Of a DNA stretch of 64,000 bases, positions 35,546 to 45,517 are shown piece after piece. Numbering within the stretch: the first letter of the stretch is position 1; every line of letters begins with the position of its first letter. The stretch lies in IMG/VR virus record IMGVR_UViG_3300015202_000004, positions 115,943 to 179,942 of that record; one strand, 5' to 3'. Source of the DNA: a virus. The notes beneath the pieces are model-generated. The model was not told where the DNA came from. It did not search any database and worked only from the letters and a program-made list of their open reading frames with translations. Position numbers and translations under genes: made by a program.

Positions 35546-36346
35546 CTAAGTATAGCATTCTTCTTCTTCTTTGTCAATACCCACTAGTAATTCTGCGCGT
35601 TCTTCATCGGTAGGGAAACGTTTATTTAATTTATAAAAATTTATAGATGCTTCCCAACGCTTTTCTTCTTGAATTTCTCGCGGATTTTTAATCTTGTTTT
35701 CTTCGCAAGGATTTTCAGTGAACATAATTTCATAGACATTTATGAATTGCTTTTCTTCTTCAGTTTTATCTTTCTTATCATGAAGTTTTGACCAAACCTT
35801 ATGAGCATCCCGATATATTTCCCAATTAGCTAAACGACGTTCTTTTTCTTCTTCAGAATAAGAATTCCATAATTCATTGAATTCATTAAATCCTTTAACA
35901 ACATTTTTTGAGTTTAAACTTAACCATCCTTGGTCAGGGCATTCAAAAGAAGCAGGAAAATCTTTATATTTCATTCCGCGTTTATATTCGCGGGTGCGGA
36001 AAAATTTAAAGCCACAACCGCATGGTCCTAAATAACCACCAATGCGATAATCATCGTTATCATCTGAAATACCGAGATAACGCGCAGCATGTTTTTCTTC
36101 GTTCCAGCCATACTTTCCTTTAGGCCCTGTATTATCTAAATCAGAAATACGGCGACCTTCTTCTACATTCCAATTGGCAGCATATAAACAAAAAACATCA
36201 ATGATTGGTCCTTTGCCATCATCAATTTCACCCATGTCCATATATGTGCCACGGATAATAGAATCGTCAGGAAGTAAAAGAACAATCTTTTGCCCTTCCG
36301 CAATCCCACGACCAGATAAACAAGACCGCCAAGAGAAACTTCCCAT
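35546..36346 (-). CDS. hypothetical phage protein (MGSFSW start)
   Basis: 266-aa ORF; CPDQGW motif. Confidence 0.7.
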   Translation of the reverse strand: MGSFSWRSCLSGRGIAEGQKIVLLLPDDSIIRGTYMDMGEIDDGKGPIIDVFCLYAANWNVEEGRRISDLDNTGPKGKYGWNEEKHAARYLGISDDNDDYRIGGYLGPCGCGFKFFRTREYKRGMKYKDFPASFECPDQGWLSLNSKNVVKGFNEFNELWNSYSEEEKERRLANWEIYRDAHKVWSKLHDKKDKTEEEKQFINVYEIMFTENPCEENKIKNPREIQEEKRWEASINFYKLNKRFPTDEERAELLVGIDKEEEECYT

Positions 36347-36597
36347 AAATGAATTATATCAGTTGGCGGTCTTTTTGTCAATACATTAAATTGCGCGATT
36401 TAAGTTCTGTTACTAAATTTTGAACTTCAATTCTAGGGCTTATTGTTCGACACACTAAAGCATCAGCAACTTTGCGAGCAACAAAATCAGAAATCGAATC
36501 GGTAATTTGAGAAGCATATTTAACAGAATCACGGTTCATCATATTCGCAATTATATTTAATTTAGTGTAATCCTGTGGAGAAATCTTTCGAAATTCT

Positions 36598-36966
36598 TCA
36601 AGCATTATTTTCTGATTTTTGAAGGTCTTCCAATTCCTTCTTTAATTTTGCAATTTTTGTTGCTTTAGTATCTTTATTTTTTTCTAAACGCTTTTTTTGT
36701 GCCAATATTCGTGCATTTTCTTTTTTCTTTTCTTCAGCACTAATATCGGCTACATAAGCAGCTACAGTTGTAAAAATAAATTTTTCCTGGTCTGGTAATT
36801 GTTCAACCAAAATAAAATCGTAATTACCATTTCTTTGAGCCTTTGTTAAAAGCACAAAAGTTTCGTTATCGACTTCGGCAAATTCAGTAACACGCTCAAT
36901 AATTTTTTGATAATCATCATTTGAATCATAATAACCACTAAATCGTAAAATCGCTACTTTATGCAT
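36598..36966 (-). CDS. hypothetical protein with basic coiled-coil tail
   Basis: 122-aa ORF in operon. Confidence 0.65.
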   Translation of the reverse strand: MHKVAILRFSGYYDSNDDYQKIIERVTEFAEVDNETFVLLTKAQRNGNYDFILVEQLPDQEKFIFTTVAAYVADISAEEKKKENARILAQKKRLEKNKDTKATKIAKLKKELEDLQKSENNA

Positions 36967-37505
36967 TTACTTTTCTTTCTTTCCTTCAAATTTATTCCAT
37001 TTCTGTCCATAAATTTTTCATCTTTATAAGGCAATTCAATAAGCTGCGAGTAATACAGTTTATTCCATTTGGCATCATCTAATGCATGATGAATATTTGT
37101 TTGAATAGGCTTAACGTGCTTAACTTTCATTTCAGCAAGTTGTTTTAAGTCAAAACACCAATGCGGAAAATGTTTTGGTAAATCAATCATTCTGCCAAAT
37201 AACTGCGCCAAAACAACCCAATCATATGAAGAGCAGTATGCAACAAATTCAGGTTTGTTACCCACAAAAGCGAGAATTTCTTCTCTAATCTGTGCGCGAG
37301 GCTTCCAAGCATCCGGTTCAACCCGAACACCATCTACAGTCAAGTGATTCAAGACATTTTCGACAACCCAAGGAACAGCTTTGGAGGCATCAAATTCCGT
37401 ACTCACAGCGTAGTATTCGCGACCTAGCTCGCTGACAATACCAATGCTAACGAGTTCAATCGTTTTGCCGTCCTCAATAAATTCCGTGTCGAAGAAGTAT
37501 TTCAT
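36954..37505 (-). CDS. 3-5 exoribonuclease, Rv2179c-like DEDD
   Basis: YFFDTEF, SYDWV, HHALDDAKW. Confidence 0.9.
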   Translation of the reverse strand: MKYFFDTEFIEDGKTIELVSIGIVSELGREYYAVSTEFDASKAVPWVVENVLNHLTVDGVRVEPDAWKPRAQIREEILAFVGNKPEFVAYCSSYDWVVLAQLFGRMIDLPKHFPHWCFDLKQLAEMKVKHVKPIQTNIHHALDDAKWNKLYYSQLIELPYKDEKFMDRNGINLKERKKSKCIK

Positions 37506-37534
37506 AACAAACGAATTATACCACAGTTCAATAA

Positions 37535-39103
37535 TTAAATCAAGCGTAATCCTGATTTAGATAAAGAATCCGTAAATAGAGCAGCCTGGTGTGTCATTTT
37601 ATTGACATACTGAAGGGCTTCTTCTGGGTTTGTTATGCGACCATCAAGCTGGGCCTGGTAAACATCCTTTAGGATATTACCCATCGCTGGCCCTGGTTTA
37701 ATTCCAATTTGAGTCAATGATTTGCCGTTGATAAAAGGTTGCGGAGGTGCTTGATTCACACCTAGTCGTTTAGCCGTATCATGCAAGTTTCTGTGGTTGT
37801 TTGCCATGCCATTATGTTTTGAGTCCATAACGTGCATTAAGTTATCAATACTTTCTGGTGCTACATGAGAAGACAAATTACGTGCAGTTGCATCGCTTGG
37901 TTCAGCATCATTTGCATGTGGCGAATCTAAGCCATTCTTCAAAGATATAACGCGCTTGCGGATATTTGCTGGCATGCCAACTCTATCTAAGAAGCTTGCG
38001 ACATTCTCTTTAGGCATATCGTGTGTCAATGAGGAAAAGAACAAAGCGTTTTTATCTTCGTTAGAAAAACTTTTGTCTCCCTGTAATTTCTTAGCCATAT
38101 TGTCAACAGTTGCCATCTTTTCAGGTGTCAACTCCAACTCGGGGTAATGTTTAATCCAATCCGTATCCTGTAAGACCTTTAGGCCCTTGGAAGGGATATG
38201 GCTCTTTTCAGCCAATTTTTGCCATTCTGTCATAACACGGTCTTTGGACAATGTTGGATATTCATGAGAAATTTGCTTACTCATTTCAGCCGTGCCAGGG
38301 TCCATGTCCATTCCCATGCGACCAGCCAATTGCATGCCTCTTAACACACGCAAGGGGTCTTCTTTGTACTTCTCGCTTGTCGCTCTTAAAGTCTTATTCT
38401 TTAAATCGTCCAAGCCATTAAAATGGTCATGAATCTGTCCCGTGTGAGGGTCTTGCATCATGGAGTTAATAGTAAAATCACGACGCGAAGCAGCTTCCTG
38501 TTGCGTCATATCAGGGTCCGGTTGTACTTGAAAACCTTTGTGCCCTTGGCCTTCTTTATTTTCTCTACGAGGCAAGCTGAAGTCATAGTCTTGTCCATCT
38601 GGTGTTTTTAATTTTGTAACACCAAAAGATGAACCCACAGTATTAACTTCGCCATGTGGTTTTAAAGTTTCTGCAACCTGGTCAGGATGCATTCCGTAAA
38701 CTTCAACGTCTTTATCTTTTGAATCTTTACCTAATGCCCAATCGCGTGGGTATCCGCCAACTAAGAAAGGCTTGCCGCCCTTGGCCGTAATGTCGTTCAT
38801 AATAGATGAAAAAGCAGGACCATGGTCAGGCTTGATAGAACCTACATGCGTAGAGTTATCAGGAATACTATGAACTGGCCCGGCAATTGGCTCAAACAAG
38901 TTAGAATGCGGTTCAAAATCTGCTTTAGTACCATGATGTTGTGTCCCTTGAAAAGAATGTTTTCCAATATAAGTGCCTTCATCAGTAGAAGCTTCTTGTG
39001 ATGGCATAGCAGGCGCTACAGCAGGTGCTTTTGGCATTGCTGGAACATCGCTCGCACTCTTAACAAGAATCTTATTACTAATGAATTTTACTACTTTTTT
39101 CAT
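37535..39103 (-). CDS. cca: class II tRNA nucleotidyltransferase (CCA-adding) with N-terminal extension
   Basis: VGGYPRD, KDKDVEV, RRDFTINSM, EDPLRVLR, C-terminal G..PGP.MG. Confidence 0.92.
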   Translation of the reverse strand: MKKVVKFISNKILVKSASDVPAMPKAPAVAPAMPSQEASTDEGTYIGKHSFQGTQHHGTKADFEPHSNLFEPIAGPVHSIPDNSTHVGSIKPDHGPAFSSIMNDITAKGGKPFLVGGYPRDWALGKDSKDKDVEVYGMHPDQVAETLKPHGEVNTVGSSFGVTKLKTPDGQDYDFSLPRRENKEGQGHKGFQVQPDPDMTQQEAASRRDFTINSMMQDPHTGQIHDHFNGLDDLKNKTLRATSEKYKEDPLRVLRGMQLAGRMGMDMDPGTAEMSKQISHEYPTLSKDRVMTEWQKLAEKSHIPSKGLKVLQDTDWIKHYPELELTPEKMATVDNMAKKLQGDKSFSNEDKNALFFSSLTHDMPKENVASFLDRVGMPANIRKRVISLKNGLDSPHANDAEPSDATARNLSSHVAPESIDNLMHVMDSKHNGMANNHRNLHDTAKRLGVNQAPPQPFINGKSLTQIGIKPGPAMGNILKDVYQAQLDGRITNPEEALQYVNKMTHQAALFTDSLSKSGLRLI

Positions 39104-40047
39104 ATTGATGAATCTTCGAACAACTTATGATGTAAGAGAATAAAAGAAGGTAACTGAATGATTTGTTCGGCTGCTTGACCGACTGGATGCTGCGACATTC
39201 TACCGATATACTTCATGAGAATAGACGCAAGAACTTCGTATGATTTTTGTGCCAATGGAATATTGTTTTTGCCGATGACCTTCATGAAGTCGCTAAGAGC
39301 GCTCATGAATTCGCCCATCTGTGGGTCCATAAGGTTTCTTGCTTCTTCTAAGAATCTGTCGCCAATGTTTGCCAAGGTTTCAGTCTGTGACTTTTCTTCT
39401 TCTTCGTCTACTTCTGGTGAAGCCAATTCAGGCTTATACTTTGAAGGGTCGAAATCGAACAAAGGCTCAAGCTTGTTCCAATGGTAATAGAAATCGTTAT
39501 CGAATTTGTTGGCAATACGAGGCTTACCGGATTCACGAAGCAATTCGGTAGCAATGCGATATTTCTTTGCAATGCTACGGCCCATTGAACGAACACGGTC
39601 AGCACTTGACTGAGTTAAGAGTTTATCGAAAGATTCAGGCTTGACAGAATACTTAGGGTCCAAACTATAAACAGCCATATTATCTAGCTTCGATTTAAGA
39701 ATAAACTTCTTGAAGCGGTCAACTAAAAGTTTGCCTGCCTCAGTAAATTCAAACCCATCATAAAGTTTTGTTGCAGAATTCTTGCGGTCAAAGTCTTCCT
39801 TCCACAAGTTATAACTGGCTTTACCGGAGTCTTCTTTAGGCAAAGTTGAGAATTCAGCATTACTAACATCGCCAGGATTCTTGCCACGGAAGGCACGAGG
39901 AATCCAAATTCTATTGTCTTTCGAACGCAAGAACAAATGATGACCATCCTGGTTAATAGTCCAATAACCATCTGCACCATCGTGATGAACAACGTTGGCC
40001 TGTGGCGGAACATGAGCTATGCGAGTAATGTTAGTAGTAAATCTCAT
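39100..40047 (-). CDS. hypothetical protein
   Basis: 315-aa ORF with GGAG RBS, coupled to cca. Confidence 0.75.
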   Translation of the reverse strand: MRFTTNITRIAHVPPQANVVHHDGADGYWTINQDGHHLFLRSKDNRIWIPRAFRGKNPGDVSNAEFSTLPKEDSGKASYNLWKEDFDRKNSATKLYDGFEFTEAGKLLVDRFKKFILKSKLDNMAVYSLDPKYSVKPESFDKLLTQSSADRVRSMGRSIAKKYRIATELLRESGKPRIANKFDNDFYYHWNKLEPLFDFDPSKYKPELASPEVDEEEEKSQTETLANIGDRFLEEARNLMDPQMGEFMSALSDFMKVIGKNNIPLAQKSYEVLASILMKYIGRMSQHPVGQAAEQIIQLPSFILLHHKLFEDSSI

Positions 40048-40112
40048 AATATCTCCAGTAGAATTTACGTATCAATAAGTAAAATACTGTAGCTTCCTCT
40101 TATTGTAGCACC

Positions 40113-40248
40113 TAAACTAAATGCCCCAAGGAATTAACCCTGGGGCACATAGTTTCACGGGTTCCAGAACTAGCTTCGTTAGAAGCTTTCACGCTTTGCT
40201 ACGAGGAAACCTTGAGGGTCTTCCCAAGCGTATAGCCCGTCTCAGGCT
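40113..40248 (-). ncRNA. candidate small structured RNA
   Basis: Promoter TTGTCA-N17-TACAAT (40255-40283); nested stems; GC hairpin plus U-rich tail. Confidence 0.55.
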
Positions 40249-40266
40249 CTTTATATTGTAGCACAA

Positions 40267-41043
40267 TTAGCTTGCTTTGACAAGCCCTTTGCTCTTATTT
40301 TTTGTCATAGGTAGAAATTGGTCAGCATTCTTAATGATTTTCTGAACCGATTTTTCAAGGACTACTTTTTGCAAAGCAAGGTCATAACTATCGACCATAG
40401 AATCATAATCGAATGAAGAAGGAATGCTATCCGTGATAACCTTCATACCTTTGCGGACAACGGTGGTTACATCGGGAAGTTCAAGCGTAGGTTTAGGACG
40501 CCGAATATCAGAAAAGGGAAGGTGGAGAAGCACCAGGCCGTCGCCATCTGGGACAATTGCCGCCAGCGTTTCACGACCGTTCTGAAGGGAATATTTACCC
40601 ATCAAAACCTTGTTGCCCCGAAGCATAGCATCAAGAAGCGCCGCATAGGTAAGGCCGCTTGAATATCCGTCGTTAACAAGATGGTACTTCTTGTAAGATT
40701 CGGTAAGTAAATCAGAAACTTCAGAATCTCTCACCATCGCAACGGTAACAAAATTCTTAAAAGTTTCCAGCTTCATGTTTTCAATATCTTCATCGGTAAT
40801 TTCCAGAACTGTGTCGCCATCGCGGTAAACACGCTTGACACTTTCAAGATTACCATGAGTTTCGCAATTGCGGGGTTGGAGCGCTGGTGCCAAGCAATCG
40901 GGACAGGCGTTATTCAGACCCGAACCGGGAGTATCTGAAGAGGAGACGTACAGTTTGACGTTCATCGTTAGAATCGGGCTGATTGAAACCTTGATTGTTC
41001 CCGATGAACGCCCAACCGTGGTGGACTTAGAAGCTTGTGACAA
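40267..41043 (-). CDS. Ku-like DNA end-binding protein
   Basis: SGTI.....MNVKLY, EITDEDIE, TYAAL.DAM, D-Y..AL pattern of prokaryotic Ku. Confidence 0.8.
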   Translation of the reverse strand: MSQASKSTTVGRSSGTIKVSISPILTMNVKLYVSSSDTPGSGLNNACPDCLAPALQPRNCETHGNLESVKRVYRDGDTVLEITDEDIENMKLETFKNFVTVAMVRDSEVSDLLTESYKKYHLVNDGYSSGLTYAALLDAMLRGNKVLMGKYSLQNGRETLAAIVPDGDGLVLLHLPFSDIRRPKPTLELPDVTTVVRKGMKVITDSIPSSFDYDSMVDSYDLALQKVVLEKSVQKIIKNADQFLPMTKNKSKGLVKAS

Positions 41044-41114
41044 CGGTTACTCTTTCTGCGGATTTTGAATCCGACTTGAGTCGGATTATAACACGGAAAC
41101 AAGCGAATGTCAAG

Positions 41115-41978
41115 CTATTTCTTTTTCTTTGTACTAGCTTTTTTGGCTTTAGGTATTCTTGGGTCGGTGATTGGTTCAAGCTCTTCCTTAATAGACTCAG
41201 GAACTGGTTTCAATTCTGGCACAATACCTAATGAACGATTTTGTACAGGCTTGAAATTAGCCTTGGCGTATGCTAGGGCAACCTTGGAAACCATGAAGTG
41301 ACGCTGAACGTCTGTTTCATCAAATTCCGTCACGCCAATACCATCTTCATCTTTTAAGATATTGATGGCATGCATGAAGCCGGATTCAACGTTTGATGGC
41401 AAGTCGATTTGGGTATGGTCACCCGTCACAAGAACCTTTGAATTCTGCCCCATGCGAGTCAAGAACATGTGTGTTTGACCGATAGTAGCGTTCTGAGCTT
41501 CGTCTAAAATCATCATGGCGTTTTCGTAGGTTCTACCACGGGTAAAAGCTAGAGGAATAATTTGGATTTTCTTATCCGTAATATATGCTTCGAAAACTGC
41601 TGAACCCAAATGCTTTTCAAGAATATCAAGCACTGGAGCATTGTAAGGATTTGTTTTGTCTCTAATATCACCCGGCAAGAAACCTAATCTTTCGCCAGCT
41701 TCAACAATTGGGCGTGTAACAATCATCGTTTCGACTTCGCCATATAGCAAAGACTGTAGAGCTAAAGTTACCAAGCAATATGTTTTGCCTGTACCGGCGA
41801 CACCTTTAGCAAAGATTATATGATTATCATTAAATTGTTCAACTAATTGTTTCTGGTTATCTGTTCTTGGTTGAAACTCCAAGTGAATTGTCTTAGGTTT
41901 TAAACGTAGCTTAGGAGCATCGTAAGAAACTTCTTGAACGTTCTTAGGTTTGTTTGGGCGAGGGCGCTTTGTTGACAT
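41115..41978 (-). CDS. phoH: PhoH family ATPase
   Basis: GVAGTGKT, LGFLPGD, RGRT, DEAQN, GDHTQID, QRH. Confidence 0.95.
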   Translation of the reverse strand: MSTKRPRPNKPKNVQEVSYDAPKLRLKPKTIHLEFQPRTDNQKQLVEQFNDNHIIFAKGVAGTGKTYCLVTLALQSLLYGEVETMIVTRPIVEAGERLGFLPGDIRDKTNPYNAPVLDILEKHLGSAVFEAYITDKKIQIIPLAFTRGRTYENAMMILDEAQNATIGQTHMFLTRMGQNSKVLVTGDHTQIDLPSNVESGFMHAINILKDEDGIGVTEFDETDVQRHFMVSKVALAYAKANFKPVQNRSLGIVPELKPVPESIKEELEPITDPRIPKAKKASTKKKK

Positions 41979-42258
41979 ATATAAAAATCCTTTTAAGACT
42001 TTACAGTTAGTGTCTGGAAAATAAAAAAAGCCATGGCTAAACTAAACTTGCCATAGGCTTCAAAAAGACATTTTTCGGGTAAGGTGTCGCATAGGATGTG
42101 TGTTTTACCTTCCGTCAGAATGCCAGGTATTTATACATATATAATGCTGAGTTAAGTGGATTATATTACAAAGTTTTGGAAACTATTAGAAAGTGTTGAC
42201 AAAGAATTCCGAGTGTGATATACTTAATTGAATGTTAACTAATCCCAGGAGAGTTTAG

Positions 42259-42795
42259 ATGCAACAGAGAGTCGTCGTAGAGACAAAAGTCGATTTTAAA
42301 GAGATTAAATCAGGACTGTTTAATGACAAGCCAGCTAACGCTGTATTGCTGCTTCCGGTCAATGCTTACATTAAAAGCAATGGCAAAGCGGTCATGGCAA
42401 TGGGCTGTGCGCTTGTGGCTAAAGCTCGTTTTAAAGGTATTGACGCTAACTGGGGTAGTGCGCTTGAGGCCCAAGGGCGTCGGCGAGGAAATTATGGCCT
42501 TTATAAAACCGAAGCAGTAGGCAATCGACCCGCTATTATCTGGCAAAAACCAAAAGACCCTATCATCGTCGCTTTCCCAACCCAATGGGAGTTTAACAAG
42601 AAAGCGGACCTGTCTCTTATAGAACGGTCCCTTTCTGACGTTCTAGCCATGGCAGACCATTATAAATGGTCAAATATTTATCTGCCTGCAATTGGAACTG
42701 GATGCGGTCAACGTTCTTGGAAAACCGAAATTAAGCCAATTCTTATAGATTATTTAGATAATCGTTTTACCGTTTGTCATTTGGGCAATTTTTAA
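42259..42795 (+). CDS. macrodomain (ADP-ribose-binding) protein
   Basis: N...K.NGKAVMA.G.A, FPT, LPAIGTGCG. Confidence 0.8.
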   Translation: MQQRVVVETKVDFKEIKSGLFNDKPANAVLLLPVNAYIKSNGKAVMAMGCALVAKARFKGIDANWGSALEAQGRRRGNYGLYKTEAVGNRPAIIWQKPKDPIIVAFPTQWEFNKKADLSLIERSLSDVLAMADHYKWSNIYLPAIGTGCGQRSWKTEIKPILIDYLDNRFTVCHLGNF

Positions 42796-43479
42796 AATAT
42801 TTTGCATCAAATTATAAAAATCTTTCTCTGAACAATTACCTTTCATTGTATTGATTTTAAAACAGCACCAAACTAAATTCTCTTTAACATAACCTTTTTC
42901 AGGTTCAAGCTTATCTAAAGACAAGCTATTCTCTAAAGGTTTTCCTTGTTTTTGATTAAAAACCATTTCTTTTTTTGTATAATAACATAATCCATTTTGT
43001 TTTTCATATAAATTTAAAAGATAATCAACATCAATGTCTGAAGTGACAACGCTTTTATTTCTCCAAGTTGAAATTCTTTCTTGAATATGTTGTTTAATAG
43101 TCATATTTTCAAGATTTTTTCGCTTATATTCTTGCCAGGTTGCTCTTGGAATATTTGCATACTCACAAGGATTACACCAAGAATTATAACATTTAAGAAT
43201 TTGCCTAGAATCTGCTTTACTTCTGTAATTTTTTATTTTAAATTTATCAATAGGTAAAATTTTCTTACATTTGCTACATTTTTTTTCTTTAATAATTTCT
43301 TTTATCTTTATCATTCTGTGCCCGTAAGCAAACCTTCTTGGACGCCCATTTTCGCTTTTTTCTGGTATTATCGTTCCACAGTTGCATTCACAATATTTTG
43401 TTTCCATTAAAAATCTCCTTGACTTTTTAACAAGACAAGGGTATAATAGTTGGGATATGTAATAGCGTAACATTACCAT
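42754..43479 (-). CDS. HNH homing endonuclease
   Basis: QNGLCYYT, SLDKL..EKGYVKENLVWCC..IN.MK. Confidence 0.88.
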   Translation of the reverse strand: MVMLRYYISQLLYPCLVKKSRRFLMETKYCECNCGTIIPEKSENGRPRRFAYGHRMIKIKEIIKEKKCSKCKKILPIDKFKIKNYRSKADSRQILKCYNSWCNPCEYANIPRATWQEYKRKNLENMTIKQHIQERISTWRNKSVVTSDIDVDYLLNLYEKQNGLCYYTKKEMVFNQKQGKPLENSLSLDKLEPEKGYVKENLVWCCFKINTMKGNCSEKDFYNLMQNILKIAQMTNGKTII

Positions 43480-43535
43480 AGCTACAAACGAAGCTAAGTT
43501 GAATAATGTGTTATCATGAAGGGTAGAGATATTTT

Positions 43536-43781
43536 ATGAAATTAGTCATTGAAGTCCACGATTTCGAAAACAAGCCTCCAGAAATACAGGAAGTATGGGA
43601 GCTTATTAACGGTGTCGCTAAACGAACCTTTGGAATTTCTGAAGATGATTTAAGCACCAAAGTAAATCTAAAAGACGAAAATGGCGCAAAGCTAACCCCT
43701 AAAGATGGCGAAGAATTCTTGCACTCGCTTTATGAAAAGATGAACCGTTCAACTTTTGTAACTGCTAGATTCGAGAACTAA
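43536..43781 (+). CDS. hypothetical protein
   Basis: 81-aa ORF. Confidence 0.65.
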   Translation: MKLVIEVHDFENKPPEIQEVWELINGVAKRTFGISEDDLSTKVNLKDENGAKLTPKDGEEFLHSLYEKMNRSTFVTARFEN

Positions 43782-43783
43782 TC

Positions 43784-44761
43784 ATGCGATTAATTTCTAA
43801 TAAAATATTTTTAAATTTGCGTCGTGTGGCTTCGGCTGTACCGCGTCCTGACACTCCTTTTACTAATCCTACAGATAATCCTTACCATGACATGGAAACG
43901 CCGGATTCACACGCTTTCGGGCAAGAGAACCCAGCTAAGATGGTAAGAACACCTCATGCAGAGACACATGTTAATTCTGTTCATGAAGTTCATTATCCAA
44001 GTGGGCAAAAAGGCTATTTTAAACCAGGAGTCCATGGACTTAAAGAGTCTGCGGTTCACCAAATTGGTAATCTATTAGGAATTGCAAACGATAGTAAATC
44101 AACGGATAAACTATTAATGCCTACGGTTATGCGAAACCATCCCGACTATGATAACCATAATATTCCTAATCCATCGGCTCCTCGTATAGGTTCCGTAATG
44201 CAAGCTGCTCCTGGCGAAAGTCACATGCTAAACAATACGCCTGATAAAATCCAAAATTATAAAAATTACCACGAAATGGCATTACTCGATGCTTTGACGG
44301 GTAATATGGACAGGCATCCAGAAAATGTTATGGCAGACCACAAGAATAAGAAAATTCATGGTATCGACCATAGCGAAGCATTTGATTACGACAATCATAC
44401 GTTTGACCCCACCGACACTCTTGGTGGCGTTCAACATGCGAATAGATTACCACATAATACACCATTGCCACCACAGATGCTAGAACGTTTGAGAAGTTTA
44501 CCTAACAGTGATTTTCATGAGGTTTTAGATAAAATGATGTTTCATCCTACAATGGTTGATAAGATGCAGAATCCAGGCACCGTTACCTTGCCGAGTGGGA
44601 AAGTTAAAAACAAAGCAAAGCCATTGGTATCAGGATTCGCAAATACTAGAAAACATTTTGATAACATGTTGAACCTCGCCCGTAAGTCTAATACCTTCGG
44701 CGAGCTTCGAGATAATTATAACAATCACTATAATCCAACAGGCGCACAGCCTGATTTTTAA
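43784..44761 (+). CDS. PI3/PI4-kinase-like (HipA-like fold) kinase
   Basis: YFKP, E.AV...LLG, LLD.L.GNMDRH..N, IDHS.AF. Confidence 0.8.
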   Translation: MRLISNKIFLNLRRVASAVPRPDTPFTNPTDNPYHDMETPDSHAFGQENPAKMVRTPHAETHVNSVHEVHYPSGQKGYFKPGVHGLKESAVHQIGNLLGIANDSKSTDKLLMPTVMRNHPDYDNHNIPNPSAPRIGSVMQAAPGESHMLNNTPDKIQNYKNYHEMALLDALTGNMDRHPENVMADHKNKKIHGIDHSEAFDYDNHTFDPTDTLGGVQHANRLPHNTPLPPQMLERLRSLPNSDFHEVLDKMMFHPTMVDKMQNPGTVTLPSGKVKNKAKPLVSGFANTRKHFDNMLNLARKSNTFGELRDNYNNHYNPTGAQPDF

Positions 44762-44775
44762 GGGGACCTTCCTAA

Positions 44776-44934
44776 ATGAGCGACAAAGTAGAAATTTACT
44801 GCTTCAAGTGTAGAGCTAAGACAGAAGCAAAAGATTTGACACCAGTGACCATGAAAAATGGTAAATCAGCCACCTCCGCCCTATGCACAGTATGCAACGG
44901 CAAAGTTTTCAAAATCGGAAAATCAGTCAAATAA
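44776..44934 (+). CDS. DUF5679-like zinc-ribbon protein
   Basis: YCFKCR...TMKNG...CTVCNGKVFKI (52 aa, below track cutoff). Confidence 0.75.
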   Translation: MSDKVEIYCFKCRAKTEAKDLTPVTMKNGKSATSALCTVCNGKVFKIGKSVK

Positions 44935-44936
44935 CA

Positions 44937-44965
44937 TAAAACCCGCCTCACAGCGGGTTTTTTTA
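44937..44965 (+). terminator. intrinsic terminator
   Basis: AAAACCCGC-CTCACA-GCGGGTTTTTT. Confidence 0.75.
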
Positions 44966-45006
44966 TAGGTATTGACATAATAAGATATTTGTGGTAGAAT
45001 GATTTT

Positions 45007-45489
45007 ATGCCACGCGACAATCAAAGAAGCATTCTTTATAAGTGGGAAGACCGAGTTGTAGCACATCACTCGCCCACAGAGTTAACTTTGGACGAATGCC
45101 AAGCTCTTGTAAACGACGCCTCTAGTGGCTTTCCAATAAAGCCACCGGAGATTAAAGCAGGGCGTTCCAAGAAGCAGGCTTATGGTGATTACCAATTCAT
45201 CACCTTGCCTCCATGGTCGCGACGACGACACATCGTGCTGCATGAACTTGCTCATGCACTGGTTGGCAGGTTCTCCCCGCGAGCAACGATTCAAGGGCAT
45301 GGACCTGAATTTGTAAGCGTCTACATTTATTTGCTCCACCACTATGAGGGTTTTTCTTATAGTGATTTATTCCGCAGCATTTCTGAATATAATTTAAAAT
45401 GGTCCGACAGTCGATTAATTCCACGCTTCCAACATGATTTCAAACCATCACAAAGTCTCGTGGCATCTAATCAATTGATTACCTATTGA
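45007..45489 (+). CDS. HExxH metallopeptidase (SprT/Rv0185-like)
   Basis: VLHELAH, HGPEF. Confidence 0.82.
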   Translation: MPRDNQRSILYKWEDRVVAHHSPTELTLDECQALVNDASSGFPIKPPEIKAGRSKKQAYGDYQFITLPPWSRRRHIVLHELAHALVGRFSPRATIQGHGPEFVSVYIYLLHHYEGFSYSDLFRSISEYNLKWSDSRLIPRFQHDFKPSQSLVASNQLITY

Positions 45490-45517
45490 CAGGTGTGGTA
45501 AGATAATAGAATAACAC

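Noticed and set aside
40113-40248. Hammerhead ribozyme (CTGAGA...GAAAC)
   Set aside because: Core lacks the CUGANGA spacing and no convincing stem I forms after the putative cleavage site
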